Shown here piece by piece: positions 24,845 through 38,512 of a stretch of 64,000 bases of DNA. The stretch's first letter is position 1. Every line of letters starts with the position of its first letter. Made by a program: the position numbers and the translations under genes. The notes under the pieces are model-generated. The model did not search any database, was not told where the DNA came from, and worked only from the letters and a program-made list of their open reading frames with translations. Source of the stretch: Macrostomum lignano (lineage: Eukaryota); NCBI GenBank assembly GCA_002269645.1, contig NIVC01001967.1, positions 124,001 through 188,000 of the forward strand. Direction: 5' to 3'.

Positions 24845-26189
24845 TCACTTTCTACTCCCATATGACATTTTGGGAAAGCCCTATTCTCAAAAGGGATCTT
24901 TGGTCTTGTAGTTCTCATGGTTTTGCAGGCTAGTCTATGGTTTTTTAGTCTAAAATATGATAGGGTAGGCTTTATTTCAAGATATGATTTTTAAAGACAT
25001 TTTTAATTGAATAATATTGTTTATGTTAGCTTAGTTTATAGGTAAGCCTAGAAACCTATTTTATAGACTCTTTATTTTCAAATCTATTGAATTTTTTAAC
25101 TTATTGAAATCATGCTTAAACATCAACTTAATAATAAAGATCAAAGCAATTACCCTGGGTTTTTTTTCGTCCATAACTAGTCCATAACTTCGTCCATAAG
25201 CTAGATTTCAGGGTGCAATTTTCAAGACCAGGATGCGCTGCACTGCTGCAGACAAAAACTTGCAAAAATTTGGGTGCAATTTTCGCACCCTGAGTCACAT
25301 TTCAGGGTGCGATTTTTAAGACAAGGATGCTACTCGCACCCATTCACACAAAAAACCCAGTAATTACCATTAATCTATAAATCCAACAAGTAAAAATAAT
25401 TTTTTTATTACTATCTCATTAAACTCATAATGCTAATATTATACTTAATATTTTATGGCAAACAAAATGACTAGGTCCTACATTAAATTTTAGCAAACAA
25501 GTTTTAGATAAACTGGCAATAGACAAAACTACTATTAACTAAAATCCATTATTATGAATTCTTTAGAAATAAAAAGAAAATAACACTAATGTTAACTAGC
25601 TATGCTAACAAAAACAAATGTTAACATATTTAGTAACAGATTTAGGGGAAGGTCTAGTTGCCTTCCTTTGTCATTGGCAATGATAGCCATTGATAGGCCC
25701 TTTTCCTTTGCCCTAAAAACTTAAAAAGTCTTTACTTCCCTCATTTAGCTTAGTGTACCTCATTGTGCCCCTTTATAGTAGTCAGTGTTGCCACTACAAC
25801 AACCAAAGAAATTATTGCAGGATAAGAAAAAAATCACAGGAACAAATTTCTTATTTGTCATAGAGAAAAAGGCACCAGTATGTGAAAACAACTTTCTTTT
25901 TTAGCTTTCCATTTCTAATTCCATCTTCTATTTGACCAAAAAGAACTACTACAATTTGCAATAACTGCATGCAACTCTCATTTATATTGAATCAGTGAAG
26001 TAGTCATACAACACATGCATTTTCTTAAGAGAAGACAGGCATACATATAATATAGATTACTGATGTTCATTATAGAACTGACCAGAGCAACCAACTAAAA
26101 CACAAGATGCTACAACTGCTGATGAGATAACAATTGTCATTATCATATAGACTATTGTTTTTTAATGCATTTTTTAATGAAGCTGTTAA

Positions 26190-26830
26190 GTCACAATAAA
26201 TTGCCATAGATTATGAGCGAGAAATTCACTGTTTTTATTAATTTAAGCAACAAGAACTTTAACAGGAAACATATCAAGGATATAGCAAAGCAAACTGGCA
26301 AGCAAGCTGGTGAATAGCAACTGCTGTCAGATTTTTTTAGATAGAAGTAAAAGAACCTTAAAAATTCAGCCAAGCAATTGTCATTGATTACACTCACATC
26401 CACAGCACCATGCTTCTTTAAAAACTCCACAAACATTTTGCCATACAGAAACATGTGTTCTTGTGTAGTGCTTGGCAGTTATTCTAGTTCAACAAAATTC
26501 ATTGCACTGGGTAAATCAGATAGTTCTGGAAGCTCGACACTAGAAACTACAGCGGCCTTATCAGCCGTCTTGATTTTAGACAGGTAGTCAATAAAATCTC
26601 CAAGAATTTCATTGGAACTGTTGTTCATGGCACTCAGTTCACTCAGAAAATCTAGTTCAGTAGACGAGACGCCATCTAAACTGTCGACTAGTAGATTTTT
26701 CCAGTTGATAAGAGGCATTTTTAATTTGATTTCTCTTGCTTCTTGCTTCTAGTTCTTAACTTCCTAACAGACTTCATGGTCGAGCTTTTCTTTTAGAGAA
26801 CTGTATTCTAAAAAAATGTCTATGGTCCGA
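26190..26830 (-). mobile_element. Crypton-type (DUF3504/tyrosine recombinase) remnant A
   Basis: Minus strand LPSTTQEHMFLYGKMFVEFLKK...LAEFLRFFYFYLKKSDSSCYSPACL, resembling the Crypton/ZMYM N-terminal region; GTCTATGG at 26818. Confidence 0.6.
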
Positions 26831-27190
26831 TTAGTGGGGGCTCTGCCCACACACCCGCGCAAGGGAGCTGTGCTCCCTTGACCCTGCTCACTGCCAAGCC
26901 AATATCTATGGCACAAATACACTGCAGCATTACTTAATGGCGTGGCTTAATGGCATTACATGATCAACCAAAAACACTAGTCTATATGATAATGCGATTA
27001 TGTCTATGGTTTCAGAATTAAATAATGATCAGAATTTTATCTGATCATTACCATATAATGATCACTTGTGACTGTGATCATTATCCAAGTCTGTAACCAT
27101 AGATTTAATCTACCATTATATTAACTTTTCTTAGCTCAAGTGTCCCTTTTCGGGGTATCAACAAATGAAATTTCATCTCGGATTTTTGTA

Positions 27191-28236
27191 GTCTATGGTA
27201 AAACAAGTTCCAACCAAGTATGCTTTTATATTTCAAAAGAAATTATACTTTTATAGGATTATTATGATTTAGTTTTCTTTTATGCTTTCATACTTTTATA
27301 ATTTCGTACCCATCCTACATGCACGCCTTCTTGGCATCCTGGAACTCGCTGGGTTTTAATGAAGCCTTTGAATTCTTGCTGATAATTTTGTGGTTTAGAG
27401 TGACATACTCTCTGCCTCTGCCTGAGTCCTTTTGAAAAACGAAGCTTGCTTTGTCTAGCAAAGGGAGCATCTCTCGTCCACATAGTCTGAATTAGTAAAT
27501 TAGGTGGAATATTACCTCCTGCTGCAGTACTGCACCATTTGTCCGATCAAAGTAGGCCATGATTTTGACCAGATTGTTCTTCTCAATGGCAGCAAACTCG
27601 TCTTGGACCTTTGGCTGGTTTGCACGCTTCTATTTTTGGACCATGGACACTAGCATCTAATTGGCAGCAGTAAACACAGGATCTCCGATAATGTTTACTC
27701 CTGGACAGTTGAGATTGAAGAACTTACAGAGTCTGGCTTGAATGCAAATCAGTGTTGGAGGCGCATAGAACAGGCCATCCTGGGTCCTTAGCGTTGAATA
27801 GAAGAAATGCAGATAGTTGTTCAAAATAGTAGGAGGTACTCGCATCAGATCTGATGACAATTGCTTATCAGTCAAAAACGTTTGAAACCTTCTCACAGCA
27901 TCCGCCATCTGTCTTTCAGAGGACTTTGGGATTCCTTCTCATTCAATTTCTTTAAGTTCCTCAAGCACATCTTTGCTTAGGTCCTGAATCCCTTCAGCTT
28001 CTAGTTGTCAAGCGAACTCGCCACTCAATTCTTTCAAATAGCAGGTTGCTGACTCTGACGACACCCAATTCAACTCCTCTGTTGACAGACCACTGATAAG
28101 TTGGTTGGGCAGATTTGCATAGTTCAAAATTCTTAGTCAGTAGTTGATTAGACAGACAGAACTTTCTAGAATCATTGCTTCAAAATGCGGCTCCATAGCC
28201 CCGTTCTCTCAATTAATCTGAGTGTTTCGTCTATGG
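27191..28236 (-). mobile_element. Crypton-type tyrosine-recombinase transposon remnant B
   Basis: Minus strand GIPKSSERQMADAVRRFQTFL...LNNYLHFFYSTLRTQDGLFYAPPTLICIQARL...NIIGDPVFTAAN...YFDRTNGAVLQQEVIFHLIY*FRLCGRE...REYVTLNHK; bounded by direct GTCTATGG at 27191 and 28229. Confidence 0.75.
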
Positions 28237-29010
28237 CACAAAGATTTGCCCATACACCGAAAAAAATAGCCTTTGACCATAGACTTTCTCAACTTTCTGC
28301 CTATCTCTAACATAGTGCCCGCAAATTTCCACATTGTTACCCACAAATTTCTTGCATTGATTAAGTTAATGACAATCTTATTGACATAGAATTTTGCAGT
28401 TGTCAATGTTATATTTTACAACTAAATTTTGTGCATATTCCAGTTGTCTGAATCTGTTCTCAATTCTATATAGCTGAAATGAATTCTTTTAATATTTTTA
28501 TTGTTGATCAATGTCGGTAACTGTAGGGGAAGAAATACTTTTATGTGAATCTTTGTTTGGCTAGTCAAACGTTAGTCAGGCAAAACTGCAGGCTCATTAG
28601 TGGATATTCATTTTTTCTTTGGAACCTTTAACAGGACAGATCGAGCGCCAAACTCTGCCTTTCTCTTTCGCCGAGCCATTTCGTCAGCAGCTTTCTTCAG
28701 TGCTAGCTCAACCGCAGCATGCTCAATCTCCTTTTGCCAAGCTTCAAAACCAGAGGCTTGCACAGCCTCACGCTATATTGATGACATTTATGACACTTAA
28801 ATTTAGCACAAAATGAAACACAGTACTTGATAAAAAAGTTGAAAGGACTGGTGTCCACAAAAAATTGCAGGAAATGAGCAAAATGGACAAAATTATCACT
28901 CAGCGATTAAAAATTGCTGAGCGATAAAAAATCAGTGGTGATAACACTGTATAGTGCTCCTACTCATGATTAAAATATGCCCCTACCCCTCTCCCTATTT
29001 TATAATTCTA

Positions 29011-30356
29011 CGAGGTGTATTCAAAAAGTTCTTTTCGGTCCTTTGGCATTTATTTTTAAAAAGCCTTGTAAACAGAATTTTAGCGATTTCACCAAGTTAT
29101 GTCTATGGCCTAAACGTTCCTAGGGTTTTAAGTCTCAGTTTGCAACTATGTTAGAGCAGCGAACATTTCTATCAGCTACCACTCAATTTCTTGGCCATGG
29201 CTGAATCATTTTCAAAGCAAGACGTTCGAAGCTTGATGAAGTTTCAGTTTCTGCAAGGAAAAAAGCCACTGGATATGTTTAGGGAGCTTCAGCAAGTGCT
29301 TGGCAAATGTGCACCAACTGAGCAGACAGTTCGAAAATGGTACCGGCTGTTCGCTGAGGGAAGAGAGAGCGTTGAGGACAATGATCGCTCTGGAAGGCCG
29401 ATGACTGCAACCAACGAGACTGTTGTGAAGAAAGTGCAAGAGCTCCTGGATGATGATCGGTGACGGACTTGCGAAGAGTTGGCAGAAGACGTTGGTGTGT
29501 CAGTAGGAAGCGTCCACACCATTCTGACGGAGCGTCTTCACCTGCAGAAAAAGTTTTGCAAGTGGGTGCCACACCTGCTGACAGGTGAGCAAAAGATGCA
29601 GCGAACTGTGGCTTCAAGCAGCCACCTGCGTCGGTTCCATCGAGAAGGGGAGGATTTTCTATCAAGAATTGTAGCTGGAGACGAGACGTGGGTTTACAGC
29701 TGGGATCCTGAGACAAAGGCCCAGTCTGCCGAATGGCTTCCAGCACATTCTCCAAGACCTCAGAAGGCCATCAGGAAGCAGGGCGCGATGAAGATCATGC
29801 ACGTCATGTTTTTTGATTCCCAAGGAATCCTGCTGAACTGGGCAGTCCCACAAGGAACCACCGTCAATGGGGACTACTACAAGTGGATTCTGCAGGAGAA
29901 GCTGCGCCCAGCAATACGAAAGAAGCGCCCTGATCTGCTGGAATCTGGCATGATCCTGCTGCACGACAATGCGCCAGCACATCGCAAGCACAACGTCGTG
30001 GAACTCCTGAGCAAATGGGGATGGGAAGTGCTCCAACATCCAGCCTATTCGCCTGATTTGTCGCCGTGCGACTTCTTCTTATTTCCATCTGTGAAGAAGC
30101 ACCTTCGGGGCATTCGATTCGACAGCGTCGAGCACATCGAGGCTGCATGCAATCAAGCTGTTCGCCAAACGGACGCGAGTGGTGTGAGTTCCGGAATCAG
30201 AGGCCTGGTAAATCACTAATAGAAGTGCAAAGACATTGGCCGTGAATATGTTGAGTGACCGAATCATGTTAAGCAATCTAACAGTGTTTTCATAGTTCCA
30301 GTTGTTTTGTGTTCAGTTTTGTAGGGCACCGAAAAGAACTTTTTGAATACACCTCG
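29011..30356 (+). mobile_element. Full-length mariner transposon (1346 bp), 29-bp perfect TIRs, TA target duplication
   Basis: TA|CGAGGTGTATTCAAAAAGTTCTTTTCGGT ... ACCGAAAAGAACTTTTTGAATACACCTCG|TA. Confidence 0.97.
29197..30258 (+). pseudogene. Mariner DD34D transposase, single frame interrupted by nonsense codons
   Basis: HTH N-terminus, WVPHLL, AGDETWVY, LHDNAPAH, YSPDLSPCDF; in-frame TGA at 29461 and TAA-TAG at 30217-30222; terminal EYVE-stop. Confidence 0.93.
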
Positions 30357-32239
30357 TATATCTCAATTCTAGGCCTAATTCAAAGCTTAGTTTCAAAGAA
30401 AAAAATGGAAGACCAAAGAATTTTTTAGTATTGAGAATAGCTATATCAAAATAGAATTGCCTTGAAATAGTCACTTATAAATTCAAGACAGGATAAATCA
30501 AGCCAAGTTCCAAGGACAATGTGAATTTTCTTTTAATTGATAGGCCATAGTCAGTCTATTTTTGTCATTGCACAAATTCAGTTTTCTGGTGTCATTGTGA
30601 GCACAATAATGTATTATTTATATACATAGATTATTTGGGCTCTACTTTATAAGCTTAAGTTGATAGGCCCTTTGGGAAGCAGCCTTAATATACCAAATGT
30701 ATATTTAATTTGTATATGCAATTTTCTGAATACCAAATATATGACGATATCTAGGCCTATGTACACTATGTGTCTAATGCACTAAGAAATGTCATTTTTT
30801 ACATTTAAAAACATGGTAGGCCTACAAAAAGAAAAACAAATCATACCATTTTTAAACTAAAATACAACATAAAGAATATATTACTAGCAATTACGAAACA
30901 ACATTTTTTTAAAATGAAAATATATTAATGAAAAATATATATTTCATTTTTGTGGCATATGCTAATATTGTATATATGCACAGCACCAATGTATACATTG
31001 TAGCATCATTATATACACTATATATACAATATATACACATGCATATCATATACAGCATATGCATGCCATATACACTGAATATACACTAAAAAATAGTGGC
31101 TAGGCCAATATAGACTGGAATTTTCAAGCAAAAAGGCCATTTTCTTGACTAGGCCTATCATGGTTGATAGGCCTTTTTTACCTAAATCGTATAGAATAGG
31201 TCAATATTTGTTAGAAACCTTAGTTCTAAAAGTATGCAAAAAATTATATTTGTTTTAATTTGCAAAATATTTTTAATATTTAAGGTTTGGTTAAATATAT
31301 GCAATCAGCATAGTAGAAATAGGAGCAAGGTTTAAGGAGAGAAGAGAAACTTGTGTTTTCACTCATTTGTTAGTTATAAGCTCAAAATGTGTTCAATAAA
31401 CTCATTCTCAAATCTTCAAAGCATTAATCATTTTACCAGTAAGAGATTCTAAGAGTGTTGTAAAGAAACTTGCTAGAAGGTTGAAAGAAGTTGGGAACTC
31501 ATGCATAGGGAGTACTAAGAGTAAGCGCCATGACTCTCTAGTCTCTAATCTCAATAATGCCCAGACAGGAAACAAAGTATATATATCAATAAGACCACTT
31601 AGGCCACATAGTATAAAAATGCTACCAGAATGCTATTAAGAACATTACTAGATTCTAGAATGCTACCGAAATATTACTACAAATTAGAATTAATAGGACA
31701 ATAGGATTTAATACAACTTGGCAACATAACAATGGAATTAATTATAGAATAGAAGTTTCCTCTATGACAACTTTGGTGGCAACTTATAGGATATTTAAAT
31801 AGACAAAGGAAATATGCCTACTACAATCAAAAATATTAAATAGTCAAAGTTGAGAATCTGCAAAAAGAAGCTACAAATTACAACAACAAGAATTGGCCTA
31901 TATATAGCAAGATCTAATCTTATCACCAACTTATTAATATCTTGAAATTTTGTTTTTTGATTTTTTGATTTTGATTTTTTTGATCAAAAATTTTTTGAAA
32001 TAGGCCTTGAAATAGGAAATATCTTTTTGTTAGTTTCATGATTAAATTAGGCCTAGGCCTAAATAAATTATAAGCTAGACCTAAAATAAACTTTTTTGTT
32101 TCTATCAAAATTCTCTAAGAATTTTTTTAATTGATAAGACGTCTAGTTGCAAAAATAACATTTTTGTAACTTTGTCATAAAAATTTTACACTGTCTGTGA
32201 CAAGCAATCTTACAAAGTGATCTTGAATAGGCCTATGGT

Positions 32240-32935
32240 GTGTGGTAATTTCGTCTGCCACCTTTTCATCTGCCGGCAGACAGAATGACTTTTTTTTAAA
32301 AGTTAAGGTATAGCTACATAGCTAGCAAAGCTTATTTTTCACAATTAAATATTGCGAGTCATGCAAAAAAAGTTAAAAAGGGCTGTCAGTTTTTCTAAGC
32401 ATAGGCCTAATTTTCTTTATTTCAATATTTTAAAGAAATATGATATAATGATATCAATTTTAAACATCCATTGAAAAAAGAAATTATTATGGATGGATGG
32501 ATGGATGGAGCTGCAATCACAAATATTGAAGGCCGAGACAGAGTTTGCTGTTGAATATGATCAGCCAGCTGTTATGAGCATTGTGGCCATTGTTATGACA
32601 CCATCCAATGCTGATTCATTTTCATTATGAACAATTATATTCAGCTGACAAAATTCATATAACAAACAAAAAGTTTGGCCTAGTGTAGGCCTACATGTAG
32701 GCCTATACTATGGGTCCCTTAGGATTTTTTAAATCGTACGCTTGTGCTTCTAACGTAATGAATTCGTTATCTTCACTATAAGTACTTTTTTAAGATATAC
32801 AGATAGTAATTATATATGTACTGTGGTGTCGTAATATGTCTTAATATTTTGTTGCAGACGAAATGACTGCATCGTATTTTTGCAGACGAAAGAATGGCAG
32901 ACGAACTGGCAGCAGACGAAACGACCGTCGACCAG
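32240..32935. mobile_element. Putative MITE with inverted subterminal TTCGTCTGC/GCAGACGAA repeats
   Basis: TTTCGTCTGCC and TCATCTGCC near 32250-32275 face 4-5 GCAGACGAA copies at 32853-32920. Confidence 0.45.
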
Positions 32936-33356
32936 GCCTATGGCTACCACTGAGAAATGATATTTTTGGCCTTCATTGTGATTTATGAAAAGAATTATTT
33001 TAATCTAATTATTCTTAGATTAAGGAAATTAATATCTGACTCAGATATTGTTTTTGAAAACTCTGAAAAATTTTATCGCACAAAAAAAAAAAAAAACTGT
33101 AGGACGGGAAACAGATAATTTCCTTGCATTTACACATCTGATGGAATTTTTTATTAGATACGTTTGTTATACGAGTTTTGTAAACAATCATTTTTAATAT
33201 ATGAAGTTTCTACAAAATAATTAATACTCATTTTATATTCCACTAAGAATTGTTTAGGCATAGTGCATCGGCTTCAGCCTTCCGCTTCCTTTACAAACTA
33301 CTTTAAATTTCCCCTTCTATCAGTTCGCATTAGGCTAATCTGCTTCCCTTTTGAGA

Positions 33357-35226
33357 ATGTTAAACGGCGTTTTAAAATCAGTTCAATTGGTTGGCAGCGC
33401 TTCTCGCGCTCGCCTTTGTTCTGCGCCTACAGAACTTGTTGGTGGAATTTCATTTAGTAAGCGTTATATACTCGTATTTTTATATTAGTGCCTGTCTGAG
33501 AGCTTACATGATTAGGCTCTTATTGTATTGATTACATATGCTTCTGTAAACTTTAATAAGTTTACATATTATAAGTCTAACTCTAGTCTAACTGTCTAAA
33601 TGTATTGTGTATATAATTGAAGAAAAATTGTATGCTAGATGATAGGTGCGATTTTCTAAGCTAAGCCAAGATCGAACTCCTTTAAAATTAAGATTGATTC
33701 GAATTTTACGCTGCTGCAATAGGAATTATAACCCATATTAACTTAATAGTAAAGTTTCTAAGATTTTGAAATCTCTATTCTAACCATTGCATTACCTAGC
33801 TGTTTATATATAAAATAGCTCGTGCTTAAGTGAATTGATCTTTGGTACACTCGAAGGTTGTCAAGCCTCGATGCTAATTGATTTTTAACCTTTATAATAT
33901 TATCTGAAAAGAAGGAAAAGGATTAGCTATATTGTCTCAATGTGTCATGCATGTGTGCTCTGAAACATTGTTGAAGCAATGTGTCAGTTTGTGAAATACA
34001 GTATTTTTTCATGTCTGCCTCGTGAAACTATCACCTGTCTAAGTATTCTCAACCAACCAAAATTTGTAGAGCTTTCTGAAGAACAGCAGTCCTTGCAGGA
34101 GCTGGCGCGAAAGTTTACTGCAGATGAAATTCTACCAGTGGCGGCACAGTACGATGTCTCTGGCGAGTATCCATGGCCAGTAATTCGCAAGGCACACTCA
34201 CTTGGCCTGATGAATCTTAGTCTGCCCAAGTGGCTCGGCGGGCTTGAATTGGGTGTCTTTGATGATTGCCTAGCTACTGAGGAATTTTCTTTCGGTTGCT
34301 CTGGAATTCAGACTGCCATTCTGGGCAATGGACTGGGCGCCAGCCCTTTGCTCATGTTTGGCACTAAAGAACAGCAGAAAGAGTACCTTGGGAGGCTTAT
34401 AGATGAGCCATTGATGTGCGCCTATGCTGTCACTGAGCCTGGCGCTGGCAGCGATGTAGCTGGGGTTAAAACTACAGCTGTGCGCAAAGGCGATGATTGG
34501 GTGATCAATGGCCAAAAGATGTGGATCACCAATGGCGGAGTGGCTAATTGGTATTTTGTCCTAGCCAGAAGCGACCCCGACCCGAAGACTCCAGCTGGCA
34601 AAGCTTTCACCGGCTTCGTCGTCGACCGAGACACTCCCGGTGTGAATCCCGGCCGCAAGGAGGACAACCTTGGCCAGCGGGCCTCAGACACTCGCGGAAT
34701 CACTTTCGAGGATGTGGTGGTCCCAGCCAAAAATGTCCTTGGCACGCCAGGCATGGGTTTCAAGATCGCCATGGGTGCTTTCGATAAGACTCGCGCTCCA
34801 GTTGGTGCCGGCGCCGTGGGTATTGCGAAGCGCGCTCTGCATGAAGCTACGCAATATGCCATGCAGCGCAAGACCATGGGAGTGCCCATCGCCCAGCACC
34901 AGGCTGTGGCTTTTCTGCTCGCGGACATGGCCATCGGGCTGGAGACGGCTCGACTCGCTGTGTGGCGCGCGGCCTACGAGGCCGACTGCGGCCGGCGCAA
35001 CACCTACTATGCCAGCGTGGCAAAAGCGTTCGCCTCCGACGTGGCTAACAAGTCTGCCTCCGATGCTGTGCAGGTGTTCGGCGGCAACGGCTACAACAAG
35101 GAGTACCCGGTTGAGAAGCTCATGCGCGATGCTAAGATCTTCCAGATCTATGAGGGCACTTCACAGATTCAGCGCCTCATCATCAGCAGAGAACTGCTTG
35201 CAGCCGCCATGTCTGTGAAGAGCTGA
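33357..35226 (+). CDS. ACADM: Medium-chain acyl-CoA dehydrogenase, mitochondrial (418 aa, 2 exons)
   Basis: join(33357-33456, 34070-35226). Exon 1 [20 protein letters not shown]...GGISF is a transit peptide ending A|gtaagc; acceptor tttgtag|AG. Motifs [54 protein letters not shown] (catalytic Glu). The ORF-track start at 33979 is intronic. Confidence 0.96.
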
Positions 35227-37229
35227 AGGCCTGCCGCGAGGCTTACGAGCTACAAAGGTGCCATTTTGAATAATGTGGCATCTGATTAGTGTCGGGTGAT
35301 TGCGTATCTGAAATATCTAATTACGTTTCCGAACTACAAACTTATGCCCAGCTATATGTTTCTGATCGTGTCTATGATACTGATGGTGTGATTCGGTCAC
35401 ATCGCATGGAATGTATCGAATTTTTAAAACTGATTCGACTTTAACGCTGTAGGTTTCTTATCGTAGAGCTTCTTTGGGCTCTTTTCTTTTGGCTGTAGCT
35501 TTTTGTCTGCAAATTGAAAAATCTATTAAAATCTAGATGTATAACATTGCTTGCTATAAAGCAAGTGTATGTGGGCTATAAAGTGTTTGTTAATTGTAAT
35601 ACAAGCTTACATTTGAATGGTAATATTCCACAAATTGATATTAATGATGCCTAGCTAACTACTCGCAACTCAAGCCTATGCATACAGACGTCTTCGGAAG
35701 TTTTCTGTCTGTGCGATCTTGGCTAGCGATTTTGGTGCTTTTGATATTCCTATTCGCAATCGCTGTACATGCCCTGGTCTGCCGACTCTACAGACGTGTT
35801 ATCAAACAGTTTTGATAGTAAAATGACCAATATTATCACGTGACGGCGTATAGTAAATGTTTTCATGTTGCTTTGATTACGAGTTAATAAATTTTGCTAT
35901 ACTTTTATTAACCCTCCCTCCTTCACACCGCCATTGATTGAGCTAATTTTGTACACAGCCATTTTTCATCGTTCTGCACATAATTCGTGTGAATCGAAAG
36001 CTTCACTAGAATGCTTTTAGTGAGAAAAGTATGCCCAGAAGTCACTGCATAGTGACAAAAGCTTCTATCACATTAACCCTTGACGGTCATGCCTCTATGC
36101 TGCAGTGTAAGAAACTGCCGTCAAAAATCTAATTGCATATACAGGTGCTCGATTTAAAGTGAACTGCAGCTTGACAAAATCCGATCTTAAAGGAAAAAAG
36201 GCTCACCAAATCTTAATTTGCAGTTGCAGGAGCGCTCAAAGTTCAAAGGTTATAACTGTTAGATTAGATATGAAAGAACTTTCCAGTACGACTTATGTGC
36301 ATGGTATAGAAAACGGCATGCTGCTTATCGAATCACTATCGAACCATTAAAGCAATAAATTTTGGAGAATTCTGTCTGCATGCATATTATATGCACAATA
36401 TAACATATATGCACATCATGCCCGCGATCATACAGTACTTGTGGCAGGTATGGACAGATAGGATTGGCAATCTCTGAGCGATTTCTTCAGCAGTCATTCT
36501 GGGGGCGTGTGGATCGTACACATTTACTTTTGCCAACAGCGGGGATCTAGGCCTCTCATTTAACCACTTCTGCCCCTCAAGCCTGTGGGTGCACTCACTC
36601 TGAGAAAACCCGTTGGCTGCAGAGCAGCCATAGATATCTGCGTCTTCCCACAAGCAGCCACAGCATTCACTCTTTGAAAACCCACTGGCTACAGAGAAGC
36701 CCATACATGTAGATTCACTAAATTAGGTGTGTGAAAATAAGTGCTATTTCTTTAATGGCTGCTCTGCAACAACAGTGGATTTTCGCAGAGTGAGTTGCAG
36801 GGTGCCGCTGGTCCTGGCCACAGACAACTGTGGCGGCGGGCATTCCGCGGATGGCAGATGGCTGCAGAGCAGCCAGCGGCTTTGAGGGTGTTAACTGCAC
36901 TATACTTTGACGCCTCTGACGTAAATTTTTGCACCTTGACACTCACGTTGCAGTGCATGGCGCCTCTCACTAACATATTCTGCACCCTGACACTGGTTTG
37001 TCACCTCCAACTTATACATTCCTACATGTACACCCAAGTGACACTCACGTTGGAACCTGCTGTGACGAAATTATGCACCACTTGATACTCATTTTGGCAT
37101 CTCTGACTTACATTCTGCAACCTGACACTCATGCATTTTGGCATCTCTGACTTACATTCCGCACCCTGACACTCGCATTGGCACCTCATTGGCACTGCCA
37201 TTGGCACTTCGCACTGCATTGGCAAGTAA

Positions 37230-38512
37230 ATGCCGCGACCTTTACGTGGTCAGGACAACGGTGAGCCGCACTTAACTGCTGCGGCGGCCAGAAGCGGCAG
37301 GACCAAGCGAGGGCAACAAAGCGAGGGCAGCAAAGCGAGCGTCGGCGTGTTGGGCGTCGGCTGCTACTGCGCTGGCCTATACGGATCTTCTGGGTGGCGC
37401 TATAAGGGCCAAGAGGCATATCGATCCCCAGCCTACCACAGGGCATGCTTTGGGTCGGGACGCGAGGACGTTGAACTGCCGCACGCTCAAGGGTGCCTGG
37501 CGAAGCAAAGCTGGCCAGAGCCCGACCTAAGCTGTGATGTCATCGCACTGCAGGAGGTGTCTAAGGCTGATCCGGGGCTATCGCGGTTGCAGCCGTGCTG
37601 GATCCGTACCTGCGTCCTGAGCAGAATGGCTTTCGGCCTCGTCGCGGCATACTGGCGCAGATCCTAGCTCTTCACCGAGTCATCGAAGAGGCGCGGACAC
37701 GCCAATTGATCCTAATTGTTATCGTAATTGATTTCAAGAAGGCATTCGACTCTGTCGTCAGGTCTGTGCTTCCAAAGGTGCTCCGTGCGTACAACGTGCC
37801 AGAGCAGCTGATTTCCGCCATCATGTCGATGTACCGTGATGCGAAAGCTGCTGTTTCAAAATCGGACGGCCTATCGGACTTCTTTGAGATATACTCTGGG
37901 GTGCTTCAGGGAGATACACAGCTTGCGCCGTTCCCGTTCGTTATGGTGCTTGACTGGGTGCTGCGGACCGCTCTTCCTACCAACGACGACGCCTTTCTGT
38001 TGCGGCGACGCGTGGGTCGACGCCAACCGGAGAGGCGGCTCAGCGTTCTTGGCTACGCCGACGATCTCGCCTCGCTGTCCTCAACTGTCGAAGGAGCACA
38101 GCGACAACACGACCGCAACATGATTGCGGCGAGTGCCGGCCTGGTGGTCAACACGCGAAGACCGTCGGGCTCTGCGTGTCGGACGACATCAAGGCTGTAA
38201 TTTTCTGCCGAGGCGCTGACGGGCAGGTGACTAGACTTCCGAGTCTGTCTAAACAACCTGTTGCGTCGTCGGTGACTCCAGCTGGCAGGCCACATCATCC
38301 GCACCGAGACGTACTGCCCATGAGGTGCTGCTGCCAACGCTGCAGGCACCCCACCGGCGGGGGCAGGCGCGCACTCGACGTTTCGTCGACTGACTGCCAG
38401 CAGACGCCGACGCCCGTGGATTCGGCCGGCGGCGTTGCGTTCGTTCTCGACCTTGCTCTGAAGCTCGCCCTGTGACGCTGACCGCGTATTTTGTTGTTGT
38501 TGCTGTTGCATT
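37230..38512 (+). mobile_element. RTE-clade non-LTR retrotransposon, internally deleted and degenerate
   Basis: Endonuclease start TLNCRTL..DVIALQEV joined to RT PYLRPEQNGFR, IDFKKAFDSV, GVLQGD, LGYADDL; C-terminal LQLAGHIIR; (TTG)n tail at 38490-38512. Confidence 0.88.

Noticed and set aside
33979-34069. ORF-track N-terminus of ACADM (MCQFVKY...)
   Set aside because: Intronic read-through; the true exon 1 is 33357-33456 with a transit peptide and matching phase.
36387-37225. Several short ORFs and GCACCCTGA-containing micro-repeats (also at 25200-25340)
   Set aside because: No recognisable domain or clear termini; probably decayed repeat.
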